Shown here in pieces: positions 20,094-29,471 of a stretch of 64,000 bases of DNA. Below the pieces are notes generated by a model. That model had not been told where the DNA came from. It saw nothing but the letters and a program-made list of their open reading frames with translations, and made no database searches. The position numbers were made by a program, and so were the translations under genes. The stretch's first letter is position 1; every line of letters starts with the position of its first letter. Source of the DNA: an uncultured candidate division Zixibacteria bacterium (GTDB lineage Bacteria; Zixibacteria; MSB-5A5; RBG-16-43-9); NCBI GenBank assembly GCA_963713865.1, contig OY970208.1, positions 1,344,001-1,408,000 on the forward strand, read 5' to 3'.

Positions 20094-20669
20094 ATGAATC
20101 TCAGCATAATCTTTCTTTTAATCTCTTTAGTCTGGATAATTTCAGAAGTTATCTTGGCAAGAGTAAAACATTCTAAGACAAAAGACTCAAAAGGGCTGGA
20201 TAAATCTTCCTTAAGATTTTTGTGGACGACAATAATTATATGCATTTTAATCGGGGTCTTTTTAGGGGTTTGGAGGGTTGGTTGGAGGATTGGCTATATC
20301 CCTGTAAAATTCATTTCACTGGTGGGATTAGTTTTAATCATTCTGGGATTAATTGTCAGATGGACGGCTATTCTTACTTTGAAAAAATATTTTACAGTGG
20401 ATGTGTCTATTTTAAAAGAACACAAAATCATCGATAAAGGCATCTATAAATTTATTCGTCATCCAGCTTATGCAGGAAGTTTGCTTTCGTTTCTTGGATT
20501 AGGGTTAGCTTTCTCAAACTGGTTAAGCACGCTGGTTATATTTATACCGATATTAGGTGCTTTCATTTATAGAATTCGAGTTGAAGAAAAAGCTCTTATA
20601 CAGGCTTTTGGAGAGGAGTATATAAATTACTCCAAAACGACCAAAAAGTTAATTCCTGTAATATATTGA
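20094..20669 (+). CDS. Isoprenylcysteine carboxylmethyltransferase (ICMT/PEMT) family membrane protein
   Basis: GIYKFIRHPAYAG, RIRVEEKAL, FGEEY. Confidence 0.9.
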   Translation: MNLSIIFLLISLVWIISEVILARVKHSKTKDSKGLDKSSLRFLWTTIIICILIGVFLGVWRVGWRIGYIPVKFISLVGLVLIILGLIVRWTAILTLKKYFTVDVSILKEHKIIDKGIYKFIRHPAYAGSLLSFLGLGLAFSNWLSTLVIFIPILGAFIYRIRVEEKALIQAFGEEYINYSKTTKKLIPVIY

Positions 20670-20685
20670 AAACAGTGGTTAGTTA

Positions 20686-20915
20686 GTAGACCCACATTGC
20701 CCACAATGTGGGTAACCCACCTTGAGGGCAAGGTGGGGATACGAGGTTAGTGGTCAGTGATTAGTAGCGTCCGCAGGACGATGAAAAACGTTTGGGATAA
20801 ACCCAGACGCTACGAAAAAAAAGTAGTGTGACCCTTTTCCTATAACGGAGACTACGTCTGCCGTAGGCACCGCAGGACAGGGTCACTCAAGCGAGGCTAA
20901 AAGCCTTACAATACG
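20686..20915. repeat. Composite REP-like element
   Basis: Copy of the 18499-18556 unit, plus a ~150-bp unit repeated at 21447-21621. Confidence 0.85.
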
Positions 20916-20930
20916 AAACTGATTAAAGAT

Positions 20931-21434
20931 ATGGACTCTTTACAAAATCGTCACGTTAAAAATCCATCTGACAAAGTCCTTCGTAAAGAGGTAGTTGTTC
21001 CTGCTTCTTTAAAAGAGGTTTGGAATGCCTGGACTACAACAGAAGGGGTTAAGACTTTTTTCTCATCTGATGCGAAAATTGAGTTAGCTATTGGCGGTGC
21101 TTATGAGATTTATTTTATTCTTGAAGCACCTTATGGTTTAAAAGGGTCAGAGGACTGTAAGATTTTGAGTTGCCTTCCAATGGAGATGCTGTCTTTTGAA
21201 TGGAACGCTCCGCCGGATTTTGGAGAGCTTCGCGGACAACATACCAGAGTGGTTTTGCAGTTTCAGGAGATCGAGCCGGGTAAGGTAAAAATCATTTTAT
21301 CGCACCTTGGTTGGGGTGAGGGAGAGGACTGGGATAAACTGTTTAACTATTTCGACAGAGCCTGGTCGTATGTGCTCAATAACCTCAAAAAGCGTTTTAC
21401 CGAAGGACCGATCGACTGGTCTGAAAAAAGATAG
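20931..21434 (+). CDS. SRPBCC/AHSA1-like domain protein
   Basis: VPASLKEVWNAWTT, IGGAYEIYF, LSFEWNAPP, W..VL..LK. Confidence 0.88.
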   Translation: MDSLQNRHVKNPSDKVLRKEVVVPASLKEVWNAWTTTEGVKTFFSSDAKIELAIGGAYEIYFILEAPYGLKGSEDCKILSCLPMEMLSFEWNAPPDFGELRGQHTRVVLQFQEIEPGKVKIILSHLGWGEGEDWDKLFNYFDRAWSYVLNNLKKRFTEGPIDWSEKR

Positions 21435-21446
21435 TGGACAGTGAGC

Positions 21447-21750
21447 AGTAGCATCCGCAGGACGAAAAAACGTCTGGGATAAACCCAGACGCTACGAAAA
21501 AAACGTAGTGAAACCCGTTTCCAAATAACGAAGACTACGAGCCTGCCAGCCCGTTGGACGTCTGGCGTTGCCAACGTATGACAGACAGGATCGCCAAGCG
21601 AGGCTGAAGGTCTTGCCCTACAGCTTTATGTTCGGACAGGGACAAGCCCTGTCCCTACGAAATACTACTTCTCCCGATATTGCGAGATGGAGGTGAAGTC
21701 CCGCCAAAGGCGGGGCTTCGTCGTCCCTGAGGGGGACTCCTCGCAATGAC
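21447..21750. repeat. Composite REP-like element and GTC..CTCGCAATGAC-type palindrome
   Basis: Homology to 20764-20915; gcttcg..ctcgcaatgac also at 60654-60731. Confidence 0.8.
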
Positions 21751-22066
21751 TTTTTTTCATGTATTTGTCATCTTTAATCGGTCATCTGTTATTGTCTTTT
21801 TTGGGTATTAAAGCTCCACTCTTTTCTGACGATAAAGTTAATAGACTTCTATAAATAAAATTACTTTAACCACTTAGGGGTGTGTAAAAATTAAACAGTT
21901 CGAAAAAATCAGATTATTTTAAAATAAATCAAAGAATTGCTTTTATTTAAATTTACAAATAAGGGAACAAGGAAAATGGGAAAGGCTTCTGTTTTTATTT
22001 TCCTTTTTTCTTCTTCTCCTATGAATCCAAATTAGGACTTTTTCCATTTTTTGAGAGGAGGAACAG

Positions 22067-24142
22067 ATGCAAAATTTAATTAACGGATACCTGCAGCTTT
22101 TGATCTTTGGCACCTTTTTGATACTTGTTTTAAAGTTCGAGCAAAAATATTTTAAGTTCTATCCGGGCGTAAAATGGAGTTTGGCTTCAGGGTTTTTACT
22201 TTTGTTTCTGGGAGCTTTCTCAAGTTTCATCCTGCCCTTAACTGATATTTCCCTGCCATTTAATTCTAATCTTAAAGCCGGAGCTGAAACGGGCATATAT
22301 CTTTTAGGTGGCATCCTGATACTTTCAGGTTTGAAGAGCTGGTTTTCGCATCTATCCAGGACGAAATCGATATCAACCAGACGTCTTAAGAGATTAGCCT
22401 GCTTGAAGCAGATTCAATCTCTTTCGCAAAACAATCAGGAACTGGAGATGAATTTAAAAGAAGCTTTTAACAAAGTAATGCATTTTATGGGGTATCGAAA
22501 AGGTGTTCTTTATCGCTCTACTTTTAACTCTCCGGAGATGTTCCTCCTTTCCCATTTCAATCTTACTCCAGAAGAGATCCTGCAATTTTATGGTCTAAAT
22601 TTGAGTGAAGGTTTCTATAGCGATGCCCTTAAAACCAGGGAGGTTATTTCCATAAACCAGTTCAAGGGTTCAACTGAAGGGCAGAAGCTTTTCCCGGACG
22701 GAAAGGAGATTTGTGCTTTTGCCTGTGTTCCCCTAAAATATTCTTCTAAGGTTTTCGGGCTTTTGTGCATCTACGACTCGGACCCGGAAAGGTTTGTGTT
22801 TGAAGAAGCTCAATTCCTCGCCAGCCTGAAAGATGCTTTTGGTTTAATGATCGAGCAGTCTCTTCTCTTGGAGAAAACAAAAATTCGCCAGAGACATTTA
22901 GAAACAGCAGATGAGATCAGCAAAGTCATGCTGGAGTCAAAAAGCTATGAAGAGGATTTACCATCCCTGGCTCATAATCTCAGAAAGGTGTTTGATTTCG
23001 ATTATCTCTCTCTATCTTTAGTGGAGGGTTCGGGTAAAAATGTAAAGAAGTTCTCTTTAGGTATAGGAGAAAATATCCTATTAGATAAGAATGCCAATCT
23101 ACCCGTATACGGCACCTCTATTGGCTGGGTTATCGATTCCGGAGAACCTCTAATCGAATCCGATGTTGAATCAAAGGGATACTATGAGGATAATCTCTCA
23201 AAACTCTTGGGTGTTCGCTCAAAAATTGTTTTACCTTTGAAGATCAAAGATAATATCATCGGGACATTGAGTATGGGAAGCAAAAATCCAAATCTTTATA
23301 ATGCAAAATCTATTAAGAAATTGAGTTTGTTTTCATCTCTTTTCTCTCTTTACTTACAGAGAAAGAAATTGAAAGATTCGATAAATCAGGAACAAGAGTA
23401 TTTTCAAACCTTCTCCGCTCATCTTCTGGAATTTCTCAACCATGGAGATCTTAAAGGGTATCTGAATGGCTTGTCTGAAAATCTAACTCAGATCCTGCCA
23501 GTCAGTTTCTGCCGGATCTCTTTCTTAAATCCTGAAAAAAATAACTTAGAGCTTTATTCCAGTTACAAAAGGAGAGAGGATATTAGCTTCTTACCCCAGG
23601 GCTCACAACCTTTAGAGGCTCTGCCCTGGCATCGTTTAACTTTGGAAATTAAAAAGCCGATGCTGATAAATCAGGATGATCCGGAAAGCACAATCTCCCG
23701 GGAAGAATCAACTCTCTTTTTGACTCCAAATCTGAAATCAGCCCTGCTTTTACCGCTGGTACATAAAGACCAGAGCGTAGGCTTAGTCTCCTTAGGTGAG
23801 ATGAGGAGCTGGGAACGCAGACCTTTCAGAAAAAAAGAGATAGATTTCGTGGAAAAAATTGGTGAGCAGATAAGCTTTGTTCGTAAAGAGAGTTTATCTA
23901 GAGGATTTTTCGATCCTAAACCCCGAACCTATTTAGACCCAAGCATATCACAGTTTGGATTAGAGGTTAACAATTCACTCACCTCGATAATCGGTTCGGT
24001 AGAGCTTCTTAATCTAAAGAAAAATTTAACTGAGGAGAAATCAGAGCGATATCTAAAAATCATTGAAAAAGGAGCGCTAAGGATAAAAGATAATATGGAA
24101 AAACTTTTCAATCAGCCAGATTCTGTTCTCATAGAAAAGTAA
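22067..24142 (+). CDS. Membrane-anchored multi-GAF sensor with degenerate HisKA-like tail
   Basis: 3 N-terminal TM; three GAF-like units (FACVPL..FGLL, IVLPL..IIGTL, ALLLPL..VGLV); LEVNNSLTSIIG tail. Confidence 0.8.
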   Translation: MQNLINGYLQLLIFGTFLILVLKFEQKYFKFYPGVKWSLASGFLLLFLGAFSSFILPLTDISLPFNSNLKAGAETGIYLLGGILILSGLKSWFSHLSRTKSISTRRLKRLACLKQIQSLSQNNQELEMNLKEAFNKVMHFMGYRKGVLYRSTFNSPEMFLLSHFNLTPEEILQFYGLNLSEGFYSDALKTREVISINQFKGSTEGQKLFPDGKEICAFACVPLKYSSKVFGLLCIYDSDPERFVFEEAQFLASLKDAFGLMIEQSLLLEKTKIRQRHLETADEISKVMLESKSYEEDLPSLAHNLRKVFDFDYLSLSLVEGSGKNVKKFSLGIGENILLDKNANLPVYGTSIGWVIDSGEPLIESDVESKGYYEDNLSKLLGVRSKIVLPLKIKDNIIGTLSMGSKNPNLYNAKSIKKLSLFSSLFSLYLQRKKLKDSINQEQEYFQTFSAHLLEFLNHGDLKGYLNGLSENLTQILPVSFCRISFLNPEKNNLELYSSYKRREDISFLPQGSQPLEALPWHRLTLEIKKPMLINQDDPESTISREESTLFLTPNLKSALLLPLVHKDQSVGLVSLGEMRSWERRPFRKKEIDFVEKIGEQISFVRKESLSRGFFDPKPRTYLDPSISQFGLEVNNSLTSIIGSVELLNLKKNLTEEKSERYLKIIEKGALRIKDNMEKLFNQPDSVLIEK

Positions 24143-24416
24143 ATTAAAAACTCAGGAAGGAATCAGGTAACAATTAATTAGTCCAAATGTGGATCTTTAG
24201 AAGATCCAGAAAAAGATAAGAATCGTTTTATTGAAAAATAGAAACTTCTTAAGGCTATAGATAATATTTTTTCCATATCGGCATTTTTTCTGCCATTTCT
24301 TTTATCAAAAATCAAATTAAGAAATAAAGAACATTTTCCGAAAATTAAGAAGCAGGGGAGTCTATAAATTTTAGGTGGATTTTTATTGAAAAAAGAAAAA
24401 TAAGTTGGAGGATTAG

Positions 24417-24845
24417 GTGGTAGAAAACTCAGGAGAGGTAAAAGGGACGGATTTAGGATTTACCGAGGAAGAGGCTAAAACAAAATTAAAGATTTTGGTG
24501 GTGGATGATGATGAGAATATAAGAGAAGTCCTGTCCGATCTTCTGCTTTTAGAAGGGTATGAAATTCTTTTAGCAGAAGATGGGGAACAAGCTCTCCTAA
24601 TTTTCGAGGAAATCCTGCCGGATGTGGTTATTACTGACTTGGGGATGCCGGGCATCTCAGGCTGGGAAGTGGCTAGAAGGATAAAAAGCAAAGACCCATC
24701 CAAAAAAGTTATCGTGATCTCAGGCTGGGGAGCCACCTTACAAAAAGACCAGCTTGAGGAGAACTACGTTGACCAGGTTCTGCCAAAACCTTTCCATTTA
24801 GAGCAAGTTAAAAAAATCATTGTGGAGGTGATGTCGAAGACATAG
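24417..24845 (+). CDS. Single-domain response regulator
   Basis: ILVVDDD, VITDLGMPG, ISGW, KPF. Confidence 0.93.
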   Translation: MVENSGEVKGTDLGFTEEEAKTKLKILVVDDDENIREVLSDLLLLEGYEILLAEDGEQALLIFEEILPDVVITDLGMPGISGWEVARRIKSKDPSKKVIVISGWGATLQKDQLEENYVDQVLPKPFHLEQVKKIIVEVMSKT

Positions 24846-24926
24846 GAATAGATTACACAATCCTGGTTACAGATATCTAAGGTAGGGGCACCGCATGATG
24901 TGCCCCTACTTCTTTTCAAAAAATCC

Positions 24927-24954
24927 TTGACTCTTTGCGTATTTTTTATATAAT
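24927..24954 (+). promoter_or_regulatory. Sigma70-like promoter of the rib operon
   Basis: TTGACT-16-TATAAT immediately before the FMN aptamer. Confidence 0.65.
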
Positions 24955-24962
24955 TGTCTCAA

Positions 24963-25082
24963 GCCCTTCGGGGTGAGGTGTAATTCCTCGATCGGTGGTT
25001 AAAGCCCACGTTCCCCGCCTGCGGCGGGGTTGAACTGGTGCGATTCCAGTGCCGACGGTTAAAGTCCGGATGGAAGAAGGGA
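24963..25082 (+). ncRNA. FMN riboswitch (RFN element)
   Basis: CTTCGGGGTGAGGTGTAATTCC..CGGTGGT..AGCCCACG..GAACTGGTGCGATTCCAGTGCCGACGGT..AGTCCGGATGGAAGAAG upstream of ribD. Confidence 0.95.
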
Positions 25083-25144
25083 GAAAAGCAGGCTATAGGC
25101 TAAAGTCTTAAGGCTATAGTCGAAAGGATAAAAAATAACCCTAC

Positions 25145-25170
25145 CCCGAAGAAATGCGGGATTTTTTATT
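25145..25170 (+). terminator. Possible riboswitch terminator
   Basis: Short cccg/cggg stem followed by ATTTTTTATT. Confidence 0.4.
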
Positions 25171-25179
25171 AATAGTCTT

Positions 25180-26259
25180 ATGCAAGATACTAAGATGATG
25201 CAGTTGGCTTTAAGACTTGCCCGTAAAGGGGAAGGAAAAGTCTCTCCCAACCCTTTGGTTGGTGCAGTTATTGTAAAAGATGGCAAAATAGTTGGGTCAG
25301 GTTATCATAAACGATTTGGTGGACCTCATGCAGAGATTAATGCTTTGAAAGAAGCCGGGGGAAAAGCTAAAGGTGGAACTCTATACGTGAATTTGGAACC
25401 TCATTCTTTCCTTGGGAAAACCCCTCCCTGCACTGAAGCAATAATTGAAGCAGGAATTAAGAAAGTACTTTGCTCAATTATCGACCCTAATCCTCAGGTG
25501 AATGGTAAAGGAGTAAAAAAGTTAAAGTCTTCCGGGATACAGGTTGAAGTAGGCTTATTAAACCAAGAGGCAAAGAGATTAAATGAGGTTTATCTTAAAT
25601 ATATAACCACCAGAATCCCTTTTGTGATTTTGAAAGTAGCCCAGACTCTGGATGGTAAAATCGCAACACTTAATGGCAATTCAAAATGGATTACCTCAGA
25701 AACCTCACGGGAGTTTGTACATAAACTTAGAAGCAGTGTAGATGCAGTTTTAGTTGGCTCTAAAACGGTTATTAGAGATAATCCTGAATTGACCATTCAT
25801 AAAATTAAAGGGGAAAATCCCAAGAGGATAATCTTGACTACCTCAGGTCAACTTCCTCCTGATTCCCGAATACTGAAAAATAATAAAGATAATAAAACTA
25901 TCGTAGTAACCTCTAAGGTTACTTCACGTTTGAAGAGTTATCCCGCAGAGATATGGGAAGTGAAAAGAGACAGGGATGGGGGAATAGAGCTTAAAGAGTT
26001 CCTGAGAAAAGCAAGTCAAGAAGGAATTGTTTCTATTTTAGTAGAAGGGGGAAAAGAGATTTTCACCTCTTTTATCAGGAACAAGCTGGTAGATAAGGTC
26101 TATTATTTTTTAGCTCCAAAAATCTTAGGGAAAGGTCTGGAGACTTTCGGGGATTTGGGGATAAACAGGATAAAGGATTCCCTGGATTTGAAAGATGTTG
26201 AGCTTAAAAGGTTTTCGGATGATCTGCTTTTAATCGGTTATCCGGAATGGAGGAATTGA
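25180..26259 (+). CDS. ribD: Riboflavin biosynthesis deaminase/reductase
   Basis: PNPLVG, HAE, LEP..TPPC, TLDGKIA, VEGG. Confidence 0.96.
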   Translation: MQDTKMMQLALRLARKGEGKVSPNPLVGAVIVKDGKIVGSGYHKRFGGPHAEINALKEAGGKAKGGTLYVNLEPHSFLGKTPPCTEAIIEAGIKKVLCSIIDPNPQVNGKGVKKLKSSGIQVEVGLLNQEAKRLNEVYLKYITTRIPFVILKVAQTLDGKIATLNGNSKWITSETSREFVHKLRSSVDAVLVGSKTVIRDNPELTIHKIKGENPKRIILTTSGQLPPDSRILKNNKDNKTIVVTSKVTSRLKSYPAEIWEVKRDRDGGIELKEFLRKASQEGIVSILVEGGKEIFTSFIRNKLVDKVYYFLAPKILGKGLETFGDLGINRIKDSLDLKDVELKRFSDDLLLIGYPEWRN

Positions 26260-26261
26260 AG

Positions 26262-26900
26262 GTGTTCACCGGGATTATCGAGGAGATTGGTGAGATCGAA
26301 TATATCTCCTCAGGTATAAAAAGCAAGAATCTAAAGATAAAAGCAGAAAAGGTCTTGAAAGATCTGAAAATCGGGGATAGCATGAATATAAACGGTGCCT
26401 GTCAGACGGTAATAGAAGTTAAACAGAACAGTTTTGTGGTTCAGGCCGTGGAGGAGACTTTAAAAAAAACCAACCTGGGCAGGTTAAGAAAAAGGAATAG
26501 GGTAAACTTAGAAAGAGCTTTGAAACTATCTGATAGATTAAGTGGGCATCTTATAAGTGGTCATATCGATTGCACCGCCGAGATCAAATCTATTAATTCA
26601 ACCGGGGATAGTTTAATATACGAGATCAGTTTCCCCTTAGAATATGCGGATTTATTAGTGGAGAAAGGCTCAATTGCGGTCGAAGGGATAAGCCTGACCA
26701 TAGCTGAGTTGAAGAAAAGCTCTTTTGTAGTTTCGGTTATTCCTTTTACCCTCAAAACGACTAATTTAAAAGAAAAGAAAGTAAAAGATATAGTAAATTT
26801 AGAATTTGACCTGTTGGGGAAGTATGTTAAAAAAATGTTAAATGAAAAAGAAATTAAAGAAACTAAAATCACTGAGGAATGGCTTAGAGAAAAGCTATAA
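26262..26900 (+). CDS. ribE: Riboflavin synthase
   Basis: (M)FTGIIE start at GTG, NGACQTV, NLERAL, SGHID. Confidence 0.95.
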   Translation: MFTGIIEEIGEIEYISSGIKSKNLKIKAEKVLKDLKIGDSMNINGACQTVIEVKQNSFVVQAVEETLKKTNLGRLRKRNRVNLERALKLSDRLSGHLISGHIDCTAEIKSINSTGDSLIYEISFPLEYADLLVEKGSIAVEGISLTIAELKKSSFVVSVIPFTLKTTNLKEKKVKDIVNLEFDLLGKYVKKMLNEKEIKETKITEEWLREKL

Positions 26901-26975
26901 GAAGTCTAAAGGCTATAGTCTAAAGGCAAAAAACCAATAGCTAAAAGCTAATTGCTAAATAGAAAGAGGTATATT

Positions 26976-28184
26976 ATGTCAGAGTTAAATATTATTGATG
27001 AGGCGATTGAAGAGATAAAAAAAGGGAAAATAGTCATCGTGGTAGATGATGCGGATCGGGAGAACGAAGGGGATATGATACTGGCAGCGGAGAAGGCAAC
27101 TCCAGAGAGTATAAATTTTATCTCCAAATATGCCCGCGGATTGATCTGTGTTCCTCTGACCACAAAAAGATTAGAAGAGCTAAAACTACACCCCATGGTA
27201 GGGGTGAATACTGCTAAGATGGGGACTCGTTTTACCATCTCGGTGGATGCGGTTAATAATACCACTACCGGGATTTCAGCTCATGACCGTGCCCAGACCA
27301 TAAAGACTTTGATAGATTGCAAAACCAAACCTGAGGATTTGGCTCGACCAGGTCATATCTTTCCTATTCAGGCATTAGATGGTGGGGTTTTGAGCCGGGC
27401 CGGGCATACTGAAGCAGCAGTTGATTTGGCTAAAATAGCGGGATTATATCCAGCTGGAGTTTTATGTGAGATAATGGATGAGGATGGGCATATGGCACGC
27501 TTGCCCAAGTTAAAAGAAATGGCTGAAAAATTTGACTTAAAAATTATCTCGGTAAAAAATTTAATCGAATACCGGAGAAGGACTGAGAAGTTGATTGAGA
27601 AGATAGTAACCGTTAATTTCCCAACTGAGTTTGGAAAATTCAAGCTGCATTTATACAAGAGTTCTATTGATGAACATCATCATTTAGCTCTGGAAAAAGG
27701 TGAGGTTAAAGGTAAGGAGAATGTTTTAGTCAGAGTTCATTCCCAGTGTTTGACCGGAGACGTTTTCCATTCGAGAAGATGTGATTGTGGTGACCAGCTT
27801 TCTACTGCTCTATCTATGATAGAGAGTGAAGGATCAGGGGTTTTTCTGTATATGCGACAGGAGGGAAGGGGGATAGGCTTAGCCAATAAGATTTTGGCTT
27901 ATGAATTGCAGGATTTAGGTCGGGATACAGTTGAGGCTAACTTAGAATTAGGTTTTGATGCGGATTTAAGGGATTATGGTGTCGGTGCACAGATTTTGGT
28001 TGATATGGGTTTAAGCAGTATAAGACTGGTCACCAATAATCCACGGAAGATAATCGGTATCGAAGGTTATGGTCTTAAAGTAGTGGAAAGGATTCCTATG
28101 GAGATAAATCCAACTCCTGAAAACCTGAAATATCTTGAGACTAAGAGAGATAAGTTAGGACATCTGCTGAGGATAAAAAAATAA
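26976..28184 (+). CDS. ribBA: Bifunctional DHBP synthase / GTP cyclohydrolase II
   Basis: [33 protein letters not shown]. Confidence 0.97.
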   Translation: MSELNIIDEAIEEIKKGKIVIVVDDADRENEGDMILAAEKATPESINFISKYARGLICVPLTTKRLEELKLHPMVGVNTAKMGTRFTISVDAVNNTTTGISAHDRAQTIKTLIDCKTKPEDLARPGHIFPIQALDGGVLSRAGHTEAAVDLAKIAGLYPAGVLCEIMDEDGHMARLPKLKEMAEKFDLKIISVKNLIEYRRRTEKLIEKIVTVNFPTEFGKFKLHLYKSSIDEHHHLALEKGEVKGKENVLVRVHSQCLTGDVFHSRRCDCGDQLSTALSMIESEGSGVFLYMRQEGRGIGLANKILAYELQDLGRDTVEANLELGFDADLRDYGVGAQILVDMGLSSIRLVTNNPRKIIGIEGYGLKVVERIPMEINPTPENLKYLETKRDKLGHLLRIKK

Positions 28185-28227
28185 GGATTTGAATCAAATT
28201 AAGAAAAATATCAAAACAGGAGGATTT

Positions 28228-28692
28228 ATGCCTAAAACAATTAAGGGAAACCTGCAGGCGAAAGATAAAAGCTTTGCCCTGGTAACTTCTCGCTTTAATG
28301 AGTTTGTTACACAGAAGCTTATGGATGGAGCTTTAGATTGTCTTTACCGTCATGGTGCAGATGAGAAGAAAATAACTATTGTTTGGACTCCAGGTTCTTT
28401 TGAGATACCCTATGCCGCATCTAAACTGGCAAAGAGTAAAAAATATGATGCAGTAATTTGTTTAGGTGCGATTATAAAAGGGGATACCCCGCATTATGAT
28501 TATATCGCCAGCGAGGTTACCAAGGGAATAGCAAAAACCTCTTTAGAAACAGGAGTGCCGGTCATCTTCGGGATAATCACCACGGATAACCTGGAACAGG
28601 CAATCGAAAGAGCCGGGACCAAAGCCGGGAATAAAGGCTGGGATGCGGCATTATCGGCGATAGAGATGACCAATCTATTTGAACGAATATAG
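28228..28692 (+). CDS. ribH: 6,7-dimethyl-8-ribityllumazine synthase
   Basis: SRFN, PGSFEIP, GDTPH, GNKG. Confidence 0.97.
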   Translation: MPKTIKGNLQAKDKSFALVTSRFNEFVTQKLMDGALDCLYRHGADEKKITIVWTPGSFEIPYAASKLAKSKKYDAVICLGAIIKGDTPHYDYIASEVTKGIAKTSLETGVPVIFGIITTDNLEQAIERAGTKAGNKGWDAALSAIEMTNLFERI

Positions 28693-28924
28693 AAAAAGAA
28701 TATGATTGATGTCGGATAAAAAATAAAGGCTATAGGCTAAAGTCTTAAGTCTAAAGTCTAAAATTTAAAAAAGAATAAAAGCAACATGCTACTGGCTGTG
28801 AGCTGAAAGCTAAACCAATAAGAGTCGCAGAGGAGAGGTTTTAGATCTCTCCGCCGAACCCTGAAGGCTCGGCTACTCGTCTACAAGCTAGTCGCTAACA
28901 GCTAAATTTAAAAAAGAGAGGAAT

Positions 28925-29335
28925 ATGGGTAAAAGGAGGAAGGCAAGAGAGCTGGTTTTAAAGTCTCTTTATTCCTGGGAGATAAGCGGGAATAAGGCGG
29001 AGGAGGTTTTCAATGACCTTATTCCTAAAGAAGAGCTTGACCCTTCGTCTAAGCTTTTTGCTGGAGAGCTATTTAGAAAAGTAGTCGAAAATCAGAAGAA
29101 GATTGATGAGTTGATAAAGGAGAACGTTCAGCACTGGGATTTCTCCAGAATAGCGGTAGTAGATAAGAATATCTTAAGGATGGGTATCTGTGAAATTTTG
29201 TATATCGAAGATATTCCGTTAAAGGTCTCCTTAGACGAGGCAATTGAACTGGCAAAGAAGTATAGTTCTGAGGATTCTGGTTCCTTTGTGAACGGAGTTT
29301 TGGATGCTATAGCTAAGAAAATCAAAAAAGTGTAA
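28925..29335 (+). CDS. nusB: Transcription antitermination factor NusB
   Basis: RRKARE, DKNILR, EAIELAKKY, FVNGVLD. Confidence 0.96.
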   Translation: MGKRRKARELVLKSLYSWEISGNKAEEVFNDLIPKEELDPSSKLFAGELFRKVVENQKKIDELIKENVQHWDFSRIAVVDKNILRMGICEILYIEDIPLKVSLDEAIELAKKYSSEDSGSFVNGVLDAIAKKIKKV

Positions 29336-29471
29336 AAGATTCGCAGGGGCGACCCGACGGGTTGCCACTATAATCTGAAGCAGGAATGTAACTAAGCAGG
29401 AAAAGATTGACAAATAGTTGAAAAGGCATATATTTATTTTTTTCGAGGTTTAGCAATGTTAATGGAGGTCA

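Noticed and set aside
18430-21750. CRISPR array or integron attC array
   Set aside because: Repeats are heterogeneous GTAG palindromes without regular spacers; no cas or intI; no convincing RYYYAAC..GTTRRRY pairs
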